A stretch of DNA of 64,000 nucleotides from Octopus sinensis (Eukaryota): the NCBI RefSeq assembly GCF_006345805.1, contig NC_043004.1, positions 76,632,001 through 76,696,000 of the forward strand. Direction: 5' to 3'. The notes beneath the pieces are model-generated. The model was not told where the DNA came from. It was given only the letters and a program-made list of their open reading frames with translations, and ran no database searches. Positions 53,430 to 64,000 of this stretch are shown one piece after another (within the stretch, counting starts at the first letter, position 1; every line of letters begins with the position of its first letter). Made by a program: the position numbers and the translations under genes.

Positions 53430-53742
53430 GAAGCACTCCGTCGGTTACGACGATGAGGGTTCCGGTTGATCCGAATCAACGGAACAGCCTGCTCGTGAAA
53501 TTAACGTGTAAGTGGCTGAGCACTCCACAGACACATGTACCCTTAACATAGTTCTTGGGGATATTCAGCATGACACAGAGAGTGACAAGGCCAGCCCTTT
53601 GAAATACAGGTACAACAGAAACAGGAAGTAAGAGTGAGAGAAAGTTGTAGTGAAAGAGTACAGCAGGGATCACCACCACCCCTGCCGGAGCCTCGTGGAG
53701 CTTTTAGGTGTTTTCGCTCAATAAACACTCACAACGCCCGGT
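53430..53742 (-). mobile_element. SINE family D body
   Basis: gaagcactccgtcggttacgacgatgagggttcc...ggaacagcctgctcgtgaaattaacgtg...gttttcgctcaataaacactcacaacgccc; CpG-rich, looks young. Confidence 0.8.
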
Positions 53743-53776
53743 TATATATATAAGTATAAAATATGCAATCACTTAC

Positions 53777-53886
53777 CTTAATTCTTCTTTCCGCCGTCGA
53801 ACTAAATCTTCCTCAAGTTGAGGTATATGTGACCCTTTACTACGGAACTTTTGTAGTTGCTCAGCTATTTCTTCTCTCCAGAATAT
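53777..53886 (-). CDS. MAP3K13: DLK/LZK MAP3K exon leading into leucine zipper 1 (missed by ORF track)
   Basis: IFWREEIAEQLQKFRSKGSHIPQLEEDLVRRRKEEL(R); acceptor ctacag, donor gtaagt; 110 bp, phase 0 to 2. Confidence 0.94.
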
Positions 53887-54314
53887 CTGTAGACAAAACA
53901 TATATGATATAATTTATGTAAACACAATATCAACAAACATAAAGGTATTTAAATATAATCAAACTAACATTTGGGTTTTTTAAGTGTCGAAATGTGTATA
54001 TAGATTGTTGTGGCACTCCGTCGGTTATGATGATGAAGGTTCCAGTTGATCCAATCGATGGAACAGCCTGCTCATGAAATTAATGTGCAAGTGGCTGAGC
54101 ACTCCACAGACATTTTATCCTTAATGTAGTTCTCATGGAGAAAAAGCATAGACTCAAAATGTAAAAGACTTTCTCACCTTCCCGTGTGTTAAACTAATAA
54201 ACCTGTTTGTTGTTTATACACCTGTCTTCATCTTTTGTTTTTCTGTAAATTCCAATTATTATTATGAATATTGTTAGAGTAAAATGTAGCAATTTAATGG
54301 TTAATTGTTCTTAC

Positions 54315-54423
54315 CTGAGCTTCTTTGAAATCATCTCTATTAAAATTCAACAGTTCTGGTGAGGCAATTTCTAGATGCATCAAAATTTGCCGGAAAGACA
54401 TACGGTTACGAGCCTTGGCTTTC
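54315..54423 (-). CDS. MAP3K13: DLK/LZK MAP3K exon, end of kinase domain (missed by ORF track)
   Basis: KAKARNRMSFRQILMHLEIASPELLNFNRDDFKEAQ; acceptor ttacag, donor gtaaga; 109 bp, phase 2 to 0. Confidence 0.94.
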
Positions 54424-54559
54424 CTGTAATTTATTGAAGTTGAAAAAAATTTAAAATTAAAATCAAAATTAATATTACTGCATCAGAAAAAAGTTACTTC
54501 ATTCAGCACTAAGATATTTATTTGATTGTTAAACATATGTCATCATGATAATTATCCTC

Positions 54560-54730
54560 AAAATCCATTTCTCACGCTGGCATAGGTTGGAGAGTTTGAC
54601 AGGATCTGGTGAGCTGTATCAAGATCTACTGTTAGCTTTGATATGGTTTCTATGGCTGGATGCCTTCCCTAATGTCAACCACTTTACAGCATATGCTGGG
54701 TGCTTTTTACATGGCACTAATGAGATCAGC
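54560..54730 (-). mobile_element. SINE-like repeat family C
   Basis: ccatttctcacgctggcataggttgg...gctggatgccttccctaatgtcaaccactttacag...ggtgctttttacatggcac. Confidence 0.75.
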
Positions 54731-54784
54731 GAGTAACTTACAAAACAACATGTATGTTAAATTGGTTGAATTATTAGAGAATTA

Positions 54785-54900
54785 AATAGAATGCTTTTTG
54801 ATATTTATTCTAACTCTCTACGATTTGAGTTCAAACCTAGCCGTAGTCAACTTTGCCTTTCATCCTTCTGGGGTCAATACAAAAGTACCAATCTGGGGTG
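54785..54900 (+). mobile_element. SINE family A, degraded
   Basis: tttgagttcaaacctagccgtagtcaactttgcctttcatccttctggggtcaat. Confidence 0.65.
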
Positions 54901-55231
54901 GAGAATTAGTGGAACTATTAGAGCAAGAGGCAGGGTGCTTTGTGCTATCTACACTGGCTCTTTGCATTTGACAGCAGCCCCTGGAATGACACTAGTACTA
55001 AGTTGTTCCAGCCCAAGTCAGTGGTTTTCCCTTGGATAACATAAGAAGTATGGAGAGGGGACGTTTGGAAATGTGAACAACAACCAATTTTCCACAAAAA
55101 AATATTCCTCAGACTTTCACATACAGGGGCTGATGCAAGGTTAACCTTGAGTAATAAGGGGTTTATAATATGAGCATGTGTGGTGGGATACATTTACACA
55201 CATATCTCTTTCTCTCCCCCTCTCCCTATAT

Positions 55232-55273
<42 letters not shown>

Positions 55274-55469
55274 CAGAAAGCACAGAAAATTTAGAACAGT
55301 ATTGCTAGTAAAAATTTATGAGTATTATGTGTTTTCCTATCAACCATATTGTTGCTAATAGAACAATCTGCATGAATATCAACAGTAACAATGGCTAAAT
55401 AAAAAACAAATCTGAAAAATTATCCATATTAAGCATGTATGATATTTAGAAATATTTAAAAGAAACTTA

Positions 55470-55655
<186 letters not shown>

Positions 55656-56435
55656 TTAATATACAAATAACTTCTTTCAACAGATTTCATTAAAGATATT
55701 TCATATACATTTGTGCACATGCAGCCACCCATCTACCCACATCATGTGATCATGTGACAGTTTAGATTATCGGGTGTTGTTATATATATAGCTGGCCAAA
55801 ATGTGCTTTGCATCATTTTAGCTTTTCGATGATGCCACCCTACTGGGCTAGGCAAGGTGGCCAATATTCTGCATGACAGGAAGGCTAGTCCATCAAAGGG
55901 TTTCCTATTTACAGCTGGAGCAATGTTAAATGAAGTATTTCTGCCCAAGAACACAACGTACCACTCGGTCTGGGAACTGAACCCACAATTGGTAGATTGT
56001 GAGTGCAACACCCTGACCACTAGGCCATGCGCTTTCACATAAACACACTCACAAATAGAAAAGTACAGTTAAAATATGTCACTTTTCAAAGTATAGCATA
56101 TCCACGGAGTTAAAATTTGAGAAAATCAATTACAAAACAAGAATATTCATTAATATTTGTTTTTATTATCAACTTATATATAAAAACTATTTAATATTAC
56201 ACTGAAAAATTACTCAGCATGTTTTAATAGAGCTCCTGTTTATTAAACTTTTACAAGAGGAGATGACAGAGAGTTTGAAATTTTGGCATTCTAGCCTTCA
56301 TCAGATAATTCTTCAAATGTTAGCAGGCTTAAAATTCAAAATCACTGTCACCCTTATTCTTGTGAGTGCAACAATCTAAGTATTAGGTGACATGCCTTCA
56401 TGTGTATACATACATATTATATATATATACATATA

Positions 56436-56495
<60 letters not shown>

Positions 56496-56499
56496 GTGT

Positions 56500-56790
56500 G
56501 TATGAGACTGTAACCGTGGCCTATGCCAGTACAGCATAACCAGCCCATTTAAAAGCATGCTTCGATCATTGGGCAATAAACTGCACTTGCGAAGATCTGT
56601 TGATGCAAGTGAAGTCATTGTCATAGATGATGACAGTACTGCCTGACTGGCCCCGCATCCAGCAGTAAAATCATTGCCAGATTGGATTAGAGCCTAGTGC
56701 AGCCTTCTGGCTCACCAGCCCTCAATCAAACCGTTCAACTCATGCCAGCATGGAAAGCGGACATTAAATGACGATGACGATGATGATATG
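56500..56790 (+). mobile_element. SINE-like repeat family C (longer variant)
   Basis: gcatccagcagtaaaatcattgccagattggattagagcc...catgccagcatggaaagcggacattaaatgacgatgacgatgatga. Confidence 0.75.
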
Positions 56791-56941
56791 TCTATATATA
56801 TATATACACACACACACATACATACATATACAAACATATACACACACATATGTATGTATGCATGTTTTTAAGTATACAATAGCCTAATTAGTGTTGTGCA
56901 ATGACTAATTCAAAATTTACACAACTTCAAAACCTACTCAC

Positions 56942-57100
56942 CAAATATCAACTTTCTCTGAACAAGGCTCATTTCTTATAACCTCAGGGGCCATCCAAGC
57001 AACAGTGCCTGCAAAGGACATTTTTGTACTTTTCTCATTCCATTCTCGGCTGGTTCCAAAATCTGAGATTTTCACAACATCATTCTTTGCAACAAGAACA
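56942..57100 (-). CDS. MAP3K13: DLK/LZK MAP3K exon, kinase subdomains VII-IX
   Basis: [52 protein letters not shown](W); acceptor tttcag, donor gtgagt; 159 bp, phase 2-2. Confidence 0.97.
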
Positions 57101-57218
57101 CTGAAATAAATAAATAAAATATACACATTTACTTTGAGAAGAACAGACAAATTCAAATAATCAAGAACAAGCAAAAAGAATATTTCTAAATTATTTTTAT
57201 GTGTTATCCTCAATTTAA

Positions 57219-57423
57219 CCCTTTAACATTCAGATTATGCTTATTCATTTACATTGTTTTGAATTAATCCTAGATTATCTCACAGCCTTGAGATTTCGAC
57301 GATGTGGTTGTTTATTTTTAGGATGACATTATAGGGAAGGTGTGAAAGGCTAGATCTTGTCAGGTTGAAAATAAAACACGTAGAATATTTGGGTTGGACA
57401 TAGTTAGCTTAAATGCTAAAGGA
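57219..57423. mobile_element. piggyBac-type MITE
   Basis: TTAA|CCCTTTAACATT ... AATGCTAAAGGA|TTAA. Confidence 0.75.
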
Positions 57424-57721
57424 TTAAATATACAAATAATAACTTATTCTTTGAGAGAAGCATAAAAGCCATCAAAATAAAATTATTCAGTATGTGTGTA
57501 TTTTATTTGATGACCGGATAAAAGAATCAACAAAACTTTGAAAGAAATTATTTCAGTGGTTGTATTCTAGTTATTTATATTTTTGTATTTATATTTTGTA
57601 TTTGAATATTTTAATTAATAGAATTAATAGAATTCAACTAGCTGAATATATTTCCAGAAAATGTGATTTAGAATGAAAACGTCTTCAATCAAGAACTTTT
57701 TAATGAAATAGTTTGTGGGCT

Positions 57722-58078
57722 CTATCTTTTATCTTTTGCTTGTTTCAGTCATTGGACTACAGCCATTCTGGGGCACAACCTTGAAAGGTTTTAATTCAAA
57801 GAAGTCACCCCTTATGTTGGTACTTAATCAGTTGGGTTCTTCTGCTGAACCATTAAGTTACAGAGATATAAACAAACCAACACCAATTGCCAAGCAGAGT
57901 GTGTATGGGGCAAACATAGATAAAAAGGTACACAACACACACACATAATGGGCTTCCACACAGTTTTCATCTACCAAATTCACTCACAAAGCATTGGTTG
58001 GTTTGGAGCTATGGGACTGAACCTGAAACCATGTGGTTGCAAAGCAAACGTTTTAACCACACAGCCATACTTGCACCT
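57722..58078 (-). mobile_element. tRNA-derived SINE (family B)
   Basis: Same layout as 9712-10072. Confidence 0.78.
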
Positions 58079-58215
58079 ATGGATGGATAATTTTAAAAGT
58101 TCCGTATCTGTCATTACAAGTAAAATTTGGAAGATCTTGATGAAATTTTAAAAATATAAGAGTAAAGTAAAGGAGTAAAGAAAGAGATTTGAAAGAATTA
58201 TTAATTTAAACATAC

Positions 58216-58407
58216 TTTGGTGACTTTAAATCTCTGTGGATGATTTTATGAGAATGAAGGTAATTCATGCCACTTGCAATTTGCTTAGACCAATCTAATA
58301 TAAGTGCTGGAGGAATTTCTTTTCCATCACGTAGAATTTCATAAAGTTGCCCATAAGGACAGTACTCCATTATAATACAGAAACATGGTGCTTGGGTACA
58401 AACCCCT
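58216..58407 (-). CDS. MAP3K13: DLK/LZK MAP3K exon, kinase subdomains V-VIb
   Basis: [63 protein letters not shown](N); acceptor ttacag, donor gtatgt; 192 bp, phase 2-2. Confidence 0.97.
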
Positions 58408-59079
58408 CTGTAATGAAAAATAAGATATATATATATATAAATAAGACAAATCAAATCAAATCACAATAACAAAATCTTTTGAGCTGATAAAAAAATTCAA
58501 ACATTTGCAAAAATATTAATCATCTTTTTTTTTTAATGTAACAATGTTTTTATGACATTCTTGAGATAAAGAATTTCTCCAAATTGTTTACTTTTAGAAT
58601 ATACAACAAAATAGTATTTTATGAGAGGAAGCTCTTTAAAAAGGTGATAAATTCTTAGTGAAATGATTCCTCAACATAGTTTCAATTAACAATTGTAACT
58701 GCTTGTCTTTGCTTAAACTTCTTTTATCCTTGGGGACATTCATAAAGATCACAATCTTGTTTATTTTGTTCTTGAAATTAACTTGGCTGATGATTCCATT
58801 TTGTTTTACTACAATAGTAAAATTTTGTTTCTGTCATTGCAATGTTGGTTTTACTTGATTGTATGTGTGTCTATGGTAAATAAAGAAATATCCCAATCAT
58901 CATTCCCATCTTTATCATACTATAAATAATAAAGTAGGGCTCTCTTGAACTGATAGAGCTGTTCCTCCTTTGCCACTTTTCTAGGTTGGCTCTTAAGTCA
59001 TCAATGTAAAATAAACTCCTTCAAAAGAGCTTCAAGTATACAAATTCTGACAAGCTATATATACACATACATATGTATA

Positions 59080-59400
59080 TATATATATACATGAGGAGAC
59101 CCCCTTCTTTCATGAATGACCATGGGATTGCACCTAGAAAGTTACCCTCCAAGGTACAAGTCTGGGCAAGGTTGTTTTATGGAAGACCAGCAGTCGCCCA
59201 TGCATACCAGCCTCCCCCTCTCCACGCCACCAATGTTATCCAAGGGAAAAGCAAAGGCCGATACAGCTTGGAATGAGTGATGTCACAACTGGAGCAACGT
59301 GAAATAAAGTGTCTTTTCAAGAACACAACACGCAGCCTGGTCCAGGAATTAAACTCACAGCGTTACAATTGTAAGCTCGACGCTCTAACCACTGAGCCAT
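59080..59400 (-). mobile_element. tRNA-derived SINE (further family); related heads at 50190-50330 (+) and 55900-56040 (-)
   Basis: Ends ccaggaattaaactcacagcgttacaattgtaagctcgacgctctaaccactgagccat = reverse complement of an A/B-box tRNA head. Confidence 0.65.
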
Positions 59401-60066
59401 ATATATATATATATATATATACAGAGAGAGAGAGAGAGAGAGAGATCCTATTTTTATTCCATCCACGCAGGCCACTAGTGCAACTCAGTCACTAATGTTA
59501 AATGCTTTCTGGTAAAGCTACAGCACTGAATCTGCCAATGGTTATCTCTCTTCAGTATTTTCCACTTACTAAGGCTAAAAAGACAGAAAATTCCATCAGG
59601 GATCTGTTAGATGGAAGCACTGAGCAGATAAGGTGTTTTTACAGCTTTTATCATAAGAGAGAAATTTTTTTCTCCACAGTAACTACAGAGAAGTTACCTT
59701 TAGAATCAAAAATATCCCACAGACATATTTTAACTAACCTAAAAGTTTATTTATTTTTAATCACTGCTTGGCGCTGATGCTGCTATTAATATGTTACACT
59801 AAAAATAATTTTTCATAATTATCATAGTTTAGACACACAGATTCATGTTTACAGGAGAGGGGAAAATTGCAATGTTCATGTCTTTCACAAATGTCATTTG
59901 GCTCCAATCAAAATTAATGACCAAACAGTTTCAATGCATTTAGAAATTTCAAGAAGCAAAATTAAGCAATCCTTCATAATAACACAGAAAACAAAGCGGC
60001 CAGGCTTAATTAAAAATAAATAAATAAAATATATAATTATGAAAGAGTAAAGGAGAAAAAACTTAC

Positions 60067-60250
60067 TTAAACGAAATAATATTAGGATGATTTAATTTCC
60101 GTAGATTTTTAATGTCTGTTTCTTTAACATCTCTGACTTTTTTAACTGCAACTTCTTCTGAATTGAGTTTGCCCAAAAACACAGCCCCTTGGGCTCCACT
60201 GCCAAGCCACTGAAGATCAGTGATATTCTCAAATGGAGTTTCCCAGTCAT
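60067..60250 (-). CDS. MAP3K13: DLK/LZK MAP3K exon, kinase subdomains I-IV
   Basis: [62 protein letters not shown]; acceptor ttttag, donor gtaagt; 184 bp, phase 1 to 2. Confidence 0.97.
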
Positions 60251-60789
60251 CTAAAACAAACAATTCAAATTACATGACATGTGTTTTTGATATTGATTAA
60301 TTTTTAACTTTCAATTTATTTTTATTCTGTATTGTTAATTTATTTCAAGAGAAATGAGAATTTTATTAGTAAAATATTGCTTGAAAATTGAACTTTAAGG
60401 TGAATTGTTCTTCTAGTGTCAAAGAGGAACCAAACAGAAGTATTATAGAATAAAATCTATTAAATGCACAGTAGTGTTACAGAAAAAGAGGAGCGTTAAC
60501 TAGTAGGTAGACACTCAGGAATATGCTTCGGTAGGATCATATCAATCATGTCTCTATCAACTGCAAAAAAGACACTATTACTGAAAAAAAAAAAATGTTG
60601 CACTTTATCTTCCTAAATACTAGCAGTATGCAGCTAGAAAGATTGCAAAGCAACATCATTCATAGCTTTGGATATGACCAAGAAACCAAAGGTCTTTCCC
60701 TTCAGAACAAGACTGGCCCAAAGCTACAAGTAGCAATATCACCCCATTGTCTGAGATGAATAGGAGGGAGATGGAGACTGGAGAAATTC

Positions 60790-61180
60790 TTCTATTCTTT
60801 TACTTGCTTCAGTCATTTGACTGTGGCCATGCTGGAGCACTGCCTCTAGTCAAATGAATCAACCCCAGGACTTATTCTTTGTAAGTCTAGTACTTATTCT
60901 ATCGGCCCCTTTTGTTGAAATACTGGGGATGTAAACACACCAGCATCAGTTGTCAAGTGCTATTGGGGAGACAAACACACACACACACACACACACATAT
61001 ATTAGCATATATACGACGGGCTTCTTTCAGTTTCCATCTACCAAATCCACTCACAAGGCTTTGGTCAGCCCGAGGCTATAGTAGAAAACACTTGTCCAAG
61101 GTGCCACACAGTGGGACTGAACCCAGAACCACGTGGTTGGTAAGCAAGCTACTTACTATACAGCTACTCCTATGCCTACG
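60790..61180 (-). mobile_element. tRNA-derived SINE (family B), near full length
   Basis: tcttttacttgcttcagtcatttgactgtggccatgctggagcac...gggactgaacccagaaccacgtggttggtaagcaagctactta. Confidence 0.82.
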
Positions 61181-62039
61181 AAAGAGAACTAAAAAAAAAA
61201 TAGTCCAAACAAAAGGTTTGCAGGAAGCTGAAAATCCTCACAAAGAGACATCTATCCTCAGATTTAAAAATTGGTTATTGATAAGGTTATCTGCTATACA
61301 CATTACAAAGCAGCTGGTTATATGCACAGACTTCATGAAATATTTCATACCTCATTTACAAAAACACTGCAGCAGTCTTCTAGGCACTACTATGTGTCAT
61401 TAACCATTACCAAATTTGATAGGAGACCTCAGTTTTGGCCAATCAAGTTTTAAAAAAAAATAACCATTAAAGTCAGAAATTTAAATATTTTTTTCCTTTG
61501 AAATTATGACTGTAACAAAAACAAATGTATTGAATAAAACGGTTTTTCTTTTACTCAAAATATCAAAATTTTCCAGTAATTCAAAATGAAATACACCAAC
61601 GTTGTGAATAAAAAGAGAGGGTAAGGAGAAGTAGCTGCATTTTGGAAAAATATATAAGGACCTAAAGCAGTAACCCAAAAGGAAACCCCTAACCTCTTAC
61701 TCTAATGATAGCCCTTAAAGATGTCATTTCTGACTGAGGAGAACGTTCTAGCTCTTAGATGGATCAGCTAAAGACTTCAAGGTTCAGTCAAAGCCAAAAC
61801 TGATCAGAAGCGATCTTAGAGAACTGAGTTTGCAAATGATGACTGAAGAAGGTGGTCAGAGTTGTGAGGTCTCTGATCCTACCTTACTTCAGAATTGGTG
61901 GTTTGTTCTTATTTACATCGATTTGTATTCATTTTATACAAAAAAAAAAGAAAGAAAAAAAGAAAATCAATCTTTAATCTATCTTAATATATTGTATTAC
62001 GCTTTTGGATCCACACCCTGTAAATTATATATATTACTC

Positions 62040-62425
62040 TTTTACTCTTTTACTTGTTTCAGTCATTTGACTGTGGCCATGCTGGAGCATCGCCTTTAGT
62101 CGAGCAAATCAACCCCAGGACTTAAGCCTAGTACTTATTCTATCAGGCTCTTTTGCTGAACTGCTAAATTATGGGGATATAAACACACCAGCATCGGTTG
62201 TCAAGCGATGTTGGGAGGACAAATACAGACACAGAAACACACACACATATATATACACACATATACGACGGGCTTCTTTCAGTTTCCATCTACCAAATCC
62301 ACTCACAAGGCTTTGGTCGGCCTGAGGGTATAGTAGAAGACACTTGCCCAAGGTGCCATGCAGTGGGACTGAACTCGGAAGAATGTGGTTCGTAATCATG
62401 CTACTTACCACACAGCCACTCCTGT
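62040..62425 (-). mobile_element. tRNA-derived SINE (family B), near full length
   Basis: Highly similar to 60790-61180, same orientation. Confidence 0.82.
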
Positions 62426-63119
62426 GCTATATGTACATCCACACACACTTTGTAACTTCTTTTGTATGACACATTATCCATTGTGTGGAGTTTTTGTTTG
62501 TTTAGTGAATATACACTTTTACCAAACTCTTGAAACCTTTTGTATTTTGTTCAAGTATATGAAACCTACACCAAAAAACAAAGAGCTAGCATCTGAACTT
62601 ACAGTATTATGGATATCTCTGAATGCATTTGTTTTCTTTGGTATGGAATGCTATTATATTAGTTATCAGTACTAAAATGATCTCCCTTTTAATTGAAAAA
62701 AAAAGCATCTGACTTGAGTTTTAGATGAATTAACATCCTTTTCTATAATTCCTTTTTGTTTATAAATGACTGAAAATGGACTTCCATAATTTAATTTACG
62801 TTACAACTTAATTAAACTGTAATGACTTACAAATCAAATTAAAGTTTCTTAAGAAGATTTTTAGACTAAAATTATTTCCTTTAGTTCTTGATATTATGAA
62901 ATGGTTCAATAAGCAGTTAAAATGAATTTGTTAAATTAAATTTTATGAAGAAATGTTTTAATAAGTACTGTAAAAAGATCTTATGGAAATATTGATATTG
63001 CCTTTTGTTTATTTATTTGAACAGTGGTTTGCATCAAGTAATAAAGGAAAGATTATCATAACTTTTGCATCAGATACAGAAATTTATACATGTGTATGTA
63101 TATGTATGTATGAGCACAA

Positions 63120-63520
63120 ACAAGGTTGTTTGGTCTCAACTGTGAGGCCACACTTTTCAACCATGTGGTTTCAGGTTCATTCCCATTGCATAGCACCTTA
63201 TGCAATGTCTCCTCTTATATCCTGGACCAACCTATGCCTTACGAGGGTATTTGACAAAAGGAAACTGGAAAAAGCCCATATGCACACACACACACATATA
63301 GGTATATGTGTATGTGTATATGTCACTTGGCTGACAAAAATGAACAGAACCTGTAATTCAAAAGGACCAGCCTTGTCACATTCTGTGTCACACTGAATCT
63401 CCCTGAGAACTATGTTAAGGGTATGCATGTCTGTGTAGTGTTCAGCCATTTGCATGTTAATTCCACAAGCAGGTTGTTTGGTTGATTGTATCAACTGGAA
63501 TGCTCATCATCATAACCAAC
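63120..63520 (+). mobile_element. Composite SINE (family B-like head, family D body)
   Basis: caaccatgtggtttcaggttcattcccattgc head, then ccagccttgtcacattctgtgtcacactgaatctccctgagaactatgttaagggta... Confidence 0.65.
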
Positions 63521-63797
63521 AGAGGGCCAGGCCACATGTATAAAACAAAGTTTGCAAACTACACAACATATTTAGATCACATCTGAATTTGTTCCACATC
63601 CACTCTTGACTCATCTCTCCTCCTTTGTATTATTCAGCTCCTTGGCCTTTAAACTAAAACTTACTTAAATTTTATTATTTTTTTTGTTTTGTTTTTCATT
63701 GCAGTTTAGAATAGTTTGGATGGAGAAAGCAAAAAGAACTCAAAACTTTGTAAAATATAATTGAAATAAAGAAAACGAAATATGAAATGTTGCATAC

Positions 63798-64000
63798 CTT
63801 GCTGTTTAAATTCAGCAGCGGCTGCCTTCCCGATAATTGTCCACACAGGACGCAGACACCCAAGCAACCCTTCAAAGAAGCTGCGTTGGTTACCATCTCG
63901 ATAGCCCACATCAACTCCATTAGTAGTGTCATGTGTGGGTGTTACTGGTGCTGACTTTGGTGAAGCTGTGGGTGTACTGCTGGAGGAGGACTTGTCGGTA
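63798..64000 (-). CDS. MAP3K13: DLK/LZK MAP3K, first coding exon visible (truncated by window edge); pre-kinase region
   Basis: Translates ...[15 protein letters not shown]...[32 protein letters not shown]; EGLxGCLRPVW motif is diagnostic of DLK/LZK; donor G|gtatgc at 63797, phase 1. Confidence 0.95.

Overview
AT-rich, microsatellite- and SINE-dense eukaryotic intron/exon DNA; the repeat content points to an octopus (coleoid cephalopod) genome, which is an inference. The window is almost entirely filled by one minus-strand gene, a DLK/LZK-family MAP3K (MAP3K12/MAP3K13, wallenda/DLK-1 ortholog). I reconstructed 12 coding exons by hand (63798-64000 partial, 60067-60250, 58216-58407, 56942-57100, 55471-55629, 54315-54423, 53777-53886, 32243-32359, 28405-28533, 10506-11328, 7903-8196, 5838-5939). 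All have GT-AG boundaries and consistent phases, giving about 859 aa in the window; the N-terminus lies beyond the right edge. Two small plus-strand exons (1832-1890, 1995-2097) may be the 3' end of an unidentified convergent gene. Introns hold tRNA-derived SINEs, remnants of RTE, CR1/L2, Hero-like and Penelope-like retroelements, and piggyBac/hAT/Tc1-mariner MITEs. Most notable non-coding signals: (1) a ~7 kb, ~267-copy 26-bp minisatellite (36629-43583) that grew out of a 2-3-copy 26-bp motif carried by ordinary copies of a SINE-like family in the same window, and that shows higher-order duplications; (2) several hammerhead-ribozyme-like motifs in (TA)n-flanked Penelope-type remnants, including a head-to-head pair forming a 74-bp-arm hairpin (12944-13097). 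All analysis is by eye; repeat coordinates are approximate.
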